A stretch of 20,541 bases of DNA from Candidatus Aenigmatarchaeota archaeon (GTDB lineage: Archaea > Aenigmatarchaeota > Aenigmatarchaeia > QMZP01 > QMZT01), in the NCBI GenBank assembly GCA_043808015.1, contig JAZDFI010000003.1, forward strand, positions 1-20,541. Direction: 5' to 3'. Positions within the stretch are counted from its first letter, which is position 1; each line of letters starts with the position of its first letter. Position numbers and translations under genes: made by a program. Positions 8,428 to 17,927 of the stretch are shown piece after piece. The notes under the pieces were generated by a model that worked only from the letters and a program-made list of their open reading frames with translations, was not told the DNA's origin and did no database searches.

Positions 8428-8994
8428 TTATTGTTCGGGAGCGACGGTTGCGGGCGGCACGAAAACCGCGGCGCATATCACGCTCGTCCACAGGCCGTCC
8501 TTGTGGCCTTCCGCGGACTGGCATATGTGCGTCGTCTTGAATATGTGCCCGCTCGCCTTGTACTGCTGCCTTCTTTCGTCCCATGCCTTGTCCGCATCAA
8601 AGGGAACGCCCAGCGTCGTGGCAAGCATCGTGGCCGCGAGGTCCTCGGCGTATTCGCCGGCTTTCTCGCCCTTCTCGCCGAATCCGTGATGCTCGGAAAG
8701 ATAACCATAATGACCCCTGTCTTTGGGCAGGGCAAGGCCTATGGCCACCGATATGAGCCTGTTGGGCTCGTTAGTGTCCGTTCTCGCCATCACGCAAAAA
8801 ACCACTTCGCCCGGATTGAGGTGCTTGAGTCCCTGGTCCCTTGTGACCACTTCACAATTTGGCGGCAGTATGCTTGAAACGTTCACGAGATTGAAGGGCT
8901 CTATGCCCGCGTGTCTCAAGGCGGCTTCGAAAGAAGCAAGCTTGTCCTTGTGGACGCCTACACCCTTCACGAAAAAAACTTTCGCAGGTATCAT
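8428..8994 (-). CDS. pdaD: Pyruvoyl-dependent arginine decarboxylase
   Basis: SFEAALRHAGI, FNLVNVSSILPP (Ser-Ser autocleavage site), GYLSEHH, AEDLAATMLA. Confidence 0.93.
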   Translation of the reverse strand: MIPAKVFFVKGVGVHKDKLASFEAALRHAGIEPFNLVNVSSILPPNCEVVTRDQGLKHLNPGEVVFCVMARTDTNEPNRLISVAIGLALPKDRGHYGYLSEHHGFGEKGEKAGEYAEDLAATMLATTLGVPFDADKAWDERRQQYKASGHIFKTTHICQSAEGHKDGLWTSVICAAVFVPPATVAPEQ

Positions 8995-9019
8995 GATGGA
9001 ATAAGATAAGTGAATTTTA

Positions 9020-9027
9020 TATTTAAA
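9020..9027 (-). promoter_or_regulatory. Putative internal TATA box for pdaD-speB-flpA
   Basis: TTTAAATA on the minus strand, 26 nt upstream of the pdaD ATG, in an AT-rich spacer. Confidence 0.55.
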
Positions 9028-9075
9028 GATAAAACCCCGGTAGCGAAACCGAATAAAAACGTGCTGCCCGAAAAA

Positions 9076-9918
9076 TCAGCCGTAAAGGGCCTGCGCCAGG
9101 AAATTTGGCAGCTTGAACGCGGCTTTATGATAGTCGGTGTTGTAGCACTTCAGGCCGGGTATCGCTATCGTTCTCGGGTTCTCCGGGTCGTGCTTCTTGG
9201 AGCCGATAATCAGCGGCCATGTCGTGCCGTACGCCGGTATGTCGCACAGGTAAACCCTGGTTATGGGGAAGAACTGCGACACTGGAACGAAAGAATATTT
9301 CTTTATCAGGTCCGCCCTGAAGAACTTGCAGCCTCCCTGCATCGAGAATACGCCGTCCGGCTTTAGCGCCGTGAAAAGATTCTTGAAGAAAGCCGGATTG
9401 TAAAGAGCCTTGGCCTCGTCCATTATCGGGTCGGTCAGGTCGAGAATTATCACGTCGAACCTGTTCCTGCATTTTGCCATGTAGTCCGCGCCGTCTCCGA
9501 CTATGACTTCTGCGCGCCTGTCATCGAATGCCCCGTTGCTGAGCGACGGGAGGAATTTCTTGGAAACCTCTATGACCTTGCCGTCGAGCTCGACCATGAC
9601 CACCTTCTTTACAGGATGCTTGAGCGTCTCCCTCAGCGCGCCGCCGTCGCCCGCGCCGACTATCAGCACTTCCTGCGGGTTTGGGTGGGTCGCCATGGGA
9701 ACGTGGACCAGCATCTCGTGGTAAAGGAACTCGTCGAACTCCGTGGTCTGGAAACCGCCGTCGAGGATGAGCACGTTGCCGAACTCAGGGTTGCGTATTA
9801 TCTTTATGTCCTGGAACCTGCTTTTACCGTCATAAAGCTTCTTTGACACCCTGAAGCTCACGCTGATAGTGTCTTTTGAATCGACTTCCCTGAACCAGCC
9901 ATCATTCGTCTCGGGCAT
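9076..9918 (-). CDS. speE: Polyamine aminopropyltransferase (spermidine synthase family)
   Basis: SRFQDI, LDGGFQTTEFDEFLYHEMLVH, GAGDGG, VELD, FDVIILDLTDP, IPAY..W. Confidence 0.95.
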   Translation of the reverse strand: MPETNDGWFREVDSKDTISVSFRVSKKLYDGKSRFQDIKIIRNPEFGNVLILDGGFQTTEFDEFLYHEMLVHVPMATHPNPQEVLIVGAGDGGALRETLKHPVKKVVMVELDGKVIEVSKKFLPSLSNGAFDDRRAEVIVGDGADYMAKCRNRFDVIILDLTDPIMDEAKALYNPAFFKNLFTALKPDGVFSMQGGCKFFRADLIKKYSFVPVSQFFPITRVYLCDIPAYGTTWPLIIGSKKHDPENPRTIAIPGLKCYNTDYHKAAFKLPNFLAQALYG

Positions 9919-9923
9919 CGCCT

Positions 9924-10283
9924 CTATTTCCTTATGATTTTTCTAGCGACCGATTTCTTCGCCTCGAAGAACTCCCTGGTGAACTTTTCGACGTTCTTGT
10001 CGTTGAACGGCGCGCAGCTGAAAATGTCTATATGCGCAGACAATCGCTCTTCGGAGAAATGCCCTACGATAGAACTTACCTCGATCAATTGCATGAACGA
10101 GTATCCTGTAAGGTGCTCCTTGCCATAACGCTTGAGAACAGGTTTACCCTCACGCTTTACTTTTAGAACATCAGCGCATAAAACGCGTATAAATTTTTCA
10201 ATGTATTCTCCGCTTCTTATTTTTTCATATTTGCATCCGTATAAGTCAACACATAACTCCCAACCAAATGGTTTTTTGCTCAT
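9924..10283 (-). CDS. speD: S-adenosylmethionine decarboxylase-family proenzyme (short, non-ESH type)
   Basis: GWELCVDLYGC, GYSFMQLIEVSSIVGHF, AHIDIFSC; Shine-Dalgarno-like GGAGGTG/GGTGA upstream; 5 nt from speE. Confidence 0.85.
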   Translation of the reverse strand: MSKKPFGWELCVDLYGCKYEKIRSGEYIEKFIRVLCADVLKVKREGKPVLKRYGKEHLTGYSFMQLIEVSSIVGHFSEERLSAHIDIFSCAPFNDKNVEKFTREFFEAKKSVARKIIRK

Positions 10284-10287
10284 ATGT

Positions 10288-10301
10288 CTTCACCCACCTC
10301 C
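10288..10301 (-). promoter_or_regulatory. Shine-Dalgarno-like element of speD
   Basis: Minus strand reads TAGGAGGTGGGTGAAGACAT-ATG. Confidence 0.7.
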
Positions 10302-10406
10302 TAATAAAAAATTCCTTTTTCTTTAGAAACAATTACTCCTTTGTTGAACATATCTTCAGGGCTTTTTCAGAATTTATAATTTCTATAAACATATTGTCAT
10401 AATATC

Positions 10407-10423
10407 TTTATAAAGTATTTAAA
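10407..10423 (-). promoter_or_regulatory. Tandem TATA-like boxes upstream of the speD leader
   Basis: Minus strand reads TTTAAATA-C-TTTATAAA, about 125-140 nt upstream of the speD ATG. Confidence 0.5.
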
Positions 10424-10517
10424 TGCATTCCTCCCGGCGGCCATTTGCGACTGGAAAACGCCTCACGGGCCTTCGCATAAAAGAACTTTAATTACCGGCC
10501 CGCACCAAAGGAATATC

Positions 10518-11147
10518 ATGGAAGAGATATTTTTGGTCATACTCCCCAGGCTTCTCATAACGTTTATACTGTCCATGGCTTTCGGCCTGCACAGGCAGCG
10601 CGCCCACAAGCCGGTCGGCTTCGGTACATTCACCTTCATCTCGATAGGCTCGTGCGCCCTCGCGATAACCGCGCTGAACCTGTATCCGGAGAATCCGCTT
10701 TCGCTGCTCGGAGCGATAGTGAGCGGCATCGGCTTCCTCGGGGCGGGAGCGCTGATAAAGACGACGGACAAGGTTTACGGCTTTACCAGCGCGGCTTCGG
10801 TCTGGCTCTTCGCGATTTTCGGCCTTATCATAGGCGTGGGCGAATACCTGACGGGCTTCCTGGTATATGCCATGATATGGGCCGTGATAGCCATCGACAG
10901 CAGGCTGAAGGCGCACGGCGTCGGTTCCTACCAGCGCAAGCTGACGATAACGACCAACCGGATAATAGACGAGAAGGAAATCGAGAAGGAGCTGGGCTCT
11001 AACTTCAAAAAAGTCTTCGTCAAAGTCGACAAGAAGAACGGCAAGATAAGCGTGAGCTACCTGGTCGAAGGGACGAAGGAACAGGTCAGGGAAATTCCCG
11101 AGCGTCTGGCGAAGGACGAGTGGCTCGAGTATTTCGAGGTTGAGTGA
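10518..11147 (+). CDS. MgtC/SapB family membrane protein with C-terminal ACT-like domain
   Basis: GLHRQ..HKPVGFGTF, IVSGIGFLGAGAL, VYGFTSAASVW; TATA-like TTTAATTA about 24 nt upstream. Confidence 0.9.
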   Translation: MEEIFLVILPRLLITFILSMAFGLHRQRAHKPVGFGTFTFISIGSCALAITALNLYPENPLSLLGAIVSGIGFLGAGALIKTTDKVYGFTSAASVWLFAIFGLIIGVGEYLTGFLVYAMIWAVIAIDSRLKAHGVGSYQRKLTITTNRIIDEKEIEKELGSNFKKVFVKVDKKNGKISVSYLVEGTKEQVREIPERLAKDEWLEYFEVE

Positions 11148-11204
11148 TTACGCTTTCGGTTTTCGTGATTAAACATTTATTGGGGCGGCCTCAAATAGTA
11201 AATT

Positions 11205-12143
11205 ATGATAATAATCGCCGTCATTATTTTTCTCATCGCTCTCGCGGCGCTGATATTCGCTTCCAAGTGGGTCATAGACTCGTCTATAGCAATTTCCGAA
11301 TACACGGGCATCTCGCAGCTCGCGATAGGCTTCATACTTATCGCCTTCTCGGTCTCGATACCGGACTTCATGGTGTCGGTTATGGCTACGAGCATGCAGA
11401 AGGCGCCCATGGCGATCGGCGACGTGCTCGGCTCGAGCATAGCGAACATATGCCTCGTGCTCGGTGTCGTCACACTCCTGAGAAAGGTGCGCGTCGAGCG
11501 GCTGCACACGCTCGAAAGCGCCGAGCTGCTGCTGCTCATAAGCATCGTCCCTGCCGTGATACTCTCGAAAGGCGTGGTGGGCCCGATAGAGGGCATAATA
11601 CTGCTAATTGTGTTCTGCCTTTACTGTTTCTTCATCTTCAGGGACAAGTTCAGCCTTAACATAAGGGACGGCGTCACGAAAAAGGAATGGAGAAGGGCAA
11701 TAGTTCTTTTCCTGCTGGGCATGATTATAGTCATAGGAAGCTCCTACTTTGTCGTCGGCTCGGCGGCGGAAATAGCGACTTTCTTCGGCGTATCCGAAGC
11801 TGTCATAGGCCTGACGCTCATATCCTTCGGGACGACGCTTCCTGAGCTCGCGCTCGACTTCACCGCCATCCGAAAGGGCCAGTGCGCCCTGGCGATAGGC
11901 GATATTTTAGGCAGCACGGTCATCAACCTGACGCTCATACTGGGAACCGTTCTGGTCATGTCGCCCATAGGCGGCATGGCCCTGATGAGCTACACGATAC
12001 CTCTCGCCTTCATAATCATCGCCAACACGTTCCTTTTCTACAGCATGGTAAAGCACGAGGGCATAGGCCACAAGCAGGGCATGGTGTTCATCCTGCTCTA
12101 CATAATCTTCATAATAACGATGCTGACGACACGGATGGTGTGA
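11205..12143 (+). CDS. Cation/Ca2+ exchanger (YrbG/NCX_Mj-like, CaCA superfamily)
   Basis: About 10 TM helices in two repeats; alpha-repeats SVSIPD...GDVLGSSIAN and GTTLPE...GDILGSTVIN. Confidence 0.9.
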   Translation: MIIIAVIIFLIALAALIFASKWVIDSSIAISEYTGISQLAIGFILIAFSVSIPDFMVSVMATSMQKAPMAIGDVLGSSIANICLVLGVVTLLRKVRVERLHTLESAELLLLISIVPAVILSKGVVGPIEGIILLIVFCLYCFFIFRDKFSLNIRDGVTKKEWRRAIVLFLLGMIIVIGSSYFVVGSAAEIATFFGVSEAVIGLTLISFGTTLPELALDFTAIRKGQCALAIGDILGSTVINLTLILGTVLVMSPIGGMALMSYTIPLAFIIIANTFLFYSMVKHEGIGHKQGMVFILLYIIFIITMLTTRMV

Positions 12144-12174
12144 GTGCCAACACAGAAACCCTGAAAATCCCGGC

Positions 12175-13248
12175 TCACTTCTTCTTCGCCGAGGCGAAAA
12201 TCCAGTTGGCGCAGTAGGATGGTATGAATGACGACGAGAAATTGACGTCGATGAAATGTTTTTTAAGTATGCGCTTTATCATCCTGAACGTCTCGTAATC
12301 GAACTCCGTACCGCACTGCACCGTCACCATGCCGCCGCTGTTGAGGCTTTTCTTTATCCTCATGAAAAGCTTCGAAAGATACGCTTCCCTGTCTATTTTT
12401 ATGAAGGCCTCCGGGTGTATGGTGAGGTCGTAGATGACGGCGTCGTATTTCCTGCTGCTGGCCACGACCCTGTACGCATCGCCGATTGTGACCTTTACTT
12501 TCGGGTTCTTGAAAACGTTCCTGTTAATCTTCCTCAGGTATTTTTTCGAGACGGCTATGACTTCCTTGTCTATGTCGACAATCGCGATTTTCTTCGCGCC
12601 GTTCTGCATGAGCTCCGCGGCCGCGGCGCCGTCGCCTCCGCCCAGTATCATGACTTTCTGGAGGCTGTTGCCGGACGCGACGAGCGGCATGACGAGGTTC
12701 TTCGTGTACGAATTCGCATCCTTCTCCGCTATCTGCACGTCCTTGTCGAGGAGCAGCATGCGGCCGAAGTTGTCGTTTTCTATGATGTCTATCTGCTGGA
12801 ACTTCGAGCGGCTGCTGTGGACGACTTTCTTGACGTGGTAGCGCACCTCGAAGCCGACCGTCGAAAAACCCTCCATCCAGTCCGCGTACTTTATCTCCAG
12901 CGGGTTCCCTCTGCACACGTGGCCGACGCGCAGCGTCTTGGGTTTTAGCTGTTTCTTGAGATAGTTGAGAAGCATGAACGGTTTTTCCGGGCCGGGCGAG
13001 CACGTGAATATGTCGACTGACGCGTGCCTCGCCTCAGGGTAAGTGTGTATCGCGATGTGCGACTCGCTTATTATGGCGAGGCATGTGATGCCCGCAGGGT
13101 TGAACTTATGTGTGTGAATGCTCACGACCGAGAGTCCTGCGTTCGTTATGCCGTCGCTGAGAATCTTTTCGATTTTTTCCTTGCTGTTGAGAACGTCTTT
13201 AGAACAATATATGAACTCGGCGATTATGTGGTGACCAGTTGGCCTCAT
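12175..13248 (-). CDS. AdoMet decarboxylase-aminopropyltransferase fusion (SpeD-SpeE type, spermine-synthase-like C-terminal domain)
   Basis: N-terminal GHHIIAEF, HKFNPAGIT, ISESHIAIHTYPE, VDIFTC; C-terminal SKFQQI, ILGGGDG, VDID, YDLT, IPSY..W, all in one ORF. ATG 13248 lies about 23 nt after a TATA-like TTTTATAC. Confidence 0.92.
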   Translation of the reverse strand: MRPTGHHIIAEFIYCSKDVLNSKEKIEKILSDGITNAGLSVVSIHTHKFNPAGITCLAIISESHIAIHTYPEARHASVDIFTCSPGPEKPFMLLNYLKKQLKPKTLRVGHVCRGNPLEIKYADWMEGFSTVGFEVRYHVKKVVHSSRSKFQQIDIIENDNFGRMLLLDKDVQIAEKDANSYTKNLVMPLVASGNSLQKVMILGGGDGAAAAELMQNGAKKIAIVDIDKEVIAVSKKYLRKINRNVFKNPKVKVTIGDAYRVVASSRKYDAVIYDLTIHPEAFIKIDREAYLSKLFMRIKKSLNSGGMVTVQCGTEFDYETFRMIKRILKKHFIDVNFSSSFIPSYCANWIFASAKKK

Positions 13249-13336
13249 AGCATAATAATGCAAAGTGTAGTATAAAAAATTTCCACGGGAAATTTCAGCA
13301 TGTTTTCCGGAAAAACTGGTCAAATGGACTCGTGAG

Positions 13337-13400
13337 AAAAGTCACAAAACAATCTTTATATATTAATTAATATATAATATTAATTAATCAAGTGACTTTT
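13337..13400. repeat. AT-only palindrome and flanking inverted repeat in the divergent promoter region before gyrB
   Basis: Perfect 22-bp palindrome TTATATATTAATTAATATATAA (13356-13377) flanked by AAAAGTCAC (13337-13345) and GTGACTTTT (13392-13400). Confidence 0.85.
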
Positions 13401-13402
13401 AA

Positions 13403-15373
<1,971 letters not shown>

Positions 15374-15392
15374 TTCGAAACATGGTGAATTG

Positions 15393-17891
15393 ATGGCAGC
15401 CGGAAAGAAAATCGAAGAGGAAGCGAAGAAGGCGCTGGCCCAGAAACCGGAAGACAAGAAGCCGGAGAACATAAAGCCGCGCGTAATCGAGGAAGAGATG
15501 AAGGAGAGCTATCTCGATTATTCGATGTCCGTCATAGTAGGCAGAGCGCTTCCCGACGTGCGCGACGGGCTCAAGCCGGTCCACAGAAGGATACTTTACG
15601 CGATGCACGAAATGGGCATGCTCCATTCCAAACCATATAAGAAGTCGGCAAGGATCGTCGGTGAGGTGCTTGGTAAATACCATCCTCACGGCGACCAGGC
15701 CGTTTACGACGCGCTCGTGCGCATGGTGCAAACGTTCTCGTTACGCTACCCGCTGATAGACGGACAGGGCAACTTCGGCTCGGTCGACGGCGACGGCGCG
15801 GCAGCGATGCGTTATACGGAAGCGCGCATGGCAAGGACCGCGCAGGAAATCCTGGCGGACATCGAAAAGGAAACCATAAAATTCGTTCCGAATTTTGACG
15901 GCTCGCTTAAGGAGCCTGCCGTCCTTCCCAGCAAGTTCCCTAATCTCCTAGTCAACGGTTCGTCCGGCATAGCGGTCGGCATGGCGACGAACATCCCGCC
16001 GCACAATCTCAACGAAGTCGCGGACGGCGTTATATCAGCGATAGACAATCCTCAGGTAACGCTTCCCGAGCTCATGAAAATAATCCAGGGTCCGGATTTC
16101 CCGACGGGCGGCTCGATTATCGGCACTGCTGGTCTCATACAGGCATACACTACAGGCAGGGGCGGCATAACGCTCCGGGGGACGGCTCAAATCGAGAAGC
16201 GAGGCGGGGAGAAGGAAAGAATCATAATCACCGAGATTCCATACCAGGTGAACAAGTCGAAACTCATAGAGGACATGGCGAGACTCGCTAGAGACAAGGT
16301 GATAAAAGGCGTAACGAATCTCCGCGACGAATCTGACAAAGATGGCATGCGCATAATCGTCGACGTGTCCCAGAACGAACAGGCGGACGTCGTTCTCAAT
16401 CATCTATACAAGCACACGCAGCTGCAGACGACTTTCGGCATAAACATGCTTTCGCTGGTCGACGGCCAGCCGCGCGTCCTGAGTCTGAAGGACATGGTCG
16501 AAGAGTTCATTCGCCATCGAAAAGACGTCATCACGAAGCGCACTAAATTCGATCTGAACGAAGCGGGCGACAAGGCACATATTCTCGAAGGCCTGCTGGT
16601 CGCGCTCAACGACATCGACAACGTGATAAAAACCATACGAGCCGCCGACACGGTCGAGACCGCTAAGAAGCATCTCATAGAGCGCTTCAAGCTCAGTGCG
16701 AAACAGGCGCAGGCGATTCTTGAAATGCGGCTGCAGCGGCTTGCTTCGATGGAGCGGCAGAAGGTCAAGGACGAGCACGTGTCGCTCATCAAGCTCATCG
16801 CGGAGCTCAAGAACATACTCGAGCACGAGGAAAAGATTTACGGCATAATCAAGAGCGAGATGCACGAGCTGAAGAAGCGCTACGGAGATGCGAGAAAGAC
16901 TCAGATATCGTGCAACGGCGATTCGGTCGAGGACCTGCAGGACGACCGCCTCATAAAGAAAGAAGACGTCGTCATTACTTTTTCGAATGACGATTACGCG
17001 AAGCGCATACCGCTGGAAGAATACAAGCAGCAGAAGCGCGGCGGCAAAGGCGTCATAGGCGCGAAGAACAAGGAAGGCGACATCGTCAAGGAAATATACG
17101 TCATGAACAGCCACGATTACCTGCTCTGCTTCACCAGCAAGGGCAAGGTCCACTGGATGAAAGCGTATCGCATCCCCGAAGCGGGGCGCTACGCCCGCGG
17201 CAGGCCCATCGTCAATCTGCTGAACCTCGAGGAAGGCGAGCGCCTGAGGGACATGATACCCGTGGACAAGTTCGAGGAAGGCAAGTTCATATTTTTCATG
17301 ACGAAGAAGGGCCTTGTCAAGAAGACGAAGCTTGTCGAATACTCGAATCCGAGGAGCTGCGGCATAATAGCGCTCAAACTCAATGAAGGCGACGATCTGA
17401 TACAGGCGAGGCTGACGAACGGTAAGGAGGATATTCTCATCGCGACGAGGCATGGATATGCGATTCGCTTCGGCGAGAAGGACGTCCGGCCGACAGGACG
17501 AGCGTCTCTCGGCGTGCGCGGCATACGTTTGCGAGCGAAGGACGAGGTCGTCGGCGTCACCAGAATCGAACATGGCTCGCTTTTCACGGTCACTGAGAAA
17601 GGGTATGGGAAACGCACCAAATTCGAGTTTTACAGGCAGCAGAGGCGAGGCGGAAAGGGAGTCAAGAACCTGAAGGTCACATCAAAGAACGGCAACGTGA
17701 TAGGCATCGTGCCGCTGCACGACAGCGACCAGATAATGTTCGTCTCCAAGGAAGGCCAGGTAATCCGCATATTCGCGAAAGACGTCCATGAGATCGGCCG
17801 CGCGACGCAGGGCGTGCGCGTCATGCGCCTCAACGACGGCGACACGCTGGTTTCATACGCCAGAATAAGAGACGCGGAAAACGGGCAGTGA
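15393..17891 (+). CDS. gyrA: DNA gyrase subunit A
   Basis: [26 protein letters not shown] (catalytic Tyr), GyrA-box QKRGGKG, beta-pinwheel repeats; GGTGA SD upstream. Confidence 0.97.
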   Translation: MAAGKKIEEEAKKALAQKPEDKKPENIKPRVIEEEMKESYLDYSMSVIVGRALPDVRDGLKPVHRRILYAMHEMGMLHSKPYKKSARIVGEVLGKYHPHGDQAVYDALVRMVQTFSLRYPLIDGQGNFGSVDGDGAAAMRYTEARMARTAQEILADIEKETIKFVPNFDGSLKEPAVLPSKFPNLLVNGSSGIAVGMATNIPPHNLNEVADGVISAIDNPQVTLPELMKIIQGPDFPTGGSIIGTAGLIQAYTTGRGGITLRGTAQIEKRGGEKERIIITEIPYQVNKSKLIEDMARLARDKVIKGVTNLRDESDKDGMRIIVDVSQNEQADVVLNHLYKHTQLQTTFGINMLSLVDGQPRVLSLKDMVEEFIRHRKDVITKRTKFDLNEAGDKAHILEGLLVALNDIDNVIKTIRAADTVETAKKHLIERFKLSAKQAQAILEMRLQRLASMERQKVKDEHVSLIKLIAELKNILEHEEKIYGIIKSEMHELKKRYGDARKTQISCNGDSVEDLQDDRLIKKEDVVITFSNDDYAKRIPLEEYKQQKRGGKGVIGAKNKEGDIVKEIYVMNSHDYLLCFTSKGKVHWMKAYRIPEAGRYARGRPIVNLLNLEEGERLRDMIPVDKFEEGKFIFFMTKKGLVKKTKLVEYSNPRSCGIIALKLNEGDDLIQARLTNGKEDILIATRHGYAIRFGEKDVRPTGRASLGVRGIRLRAKDEVVGVTRIEHGSLFTVTEKGYGKRTKFEFYRQQRRGGKGVKNLKVTSKNGNVIGIVPLHDSDQIMFVSKEGQVIRIFAKDVHEIGRATQGVRVMRLNDGDTLVSYARIRDAENGQ

Positions 17892-17927
17892 ATTCTTCTT
17901 TTTAAGCCGAAAACCAACCATTAAATT

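Noticed and set aside
10284-10335. Programmed frameshift or readthrough from a uORF into speD
   Set aside because: The speD frame has TGA two codons before the ATG, so no fusion product is possible, and speD has its own SD and start.
13249-13323. 25-aa N-terminal extension of the fusion gene from TTG 13323, and a micro-ORF ATG-CTA-TGA overlapping its ATG
   Set aside because: The extension runs through the TATA box and palindromes and SpeD homology begins at MRPTGHH; a two-codon ORF is too likely by chance.
16404-17573. 389-aa minus-strand ORF inside gyrA, and similar ORFs inside nop5, flpA, gyrB and polB
   Set aside because: Shadow ORFs of well-supported genes.
17637-17660. Second GyrA-box-like motif (QRRGGKG)
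   Set aside because: Expected from the repeated beta-pinwheel blades and seen in other gyrases.
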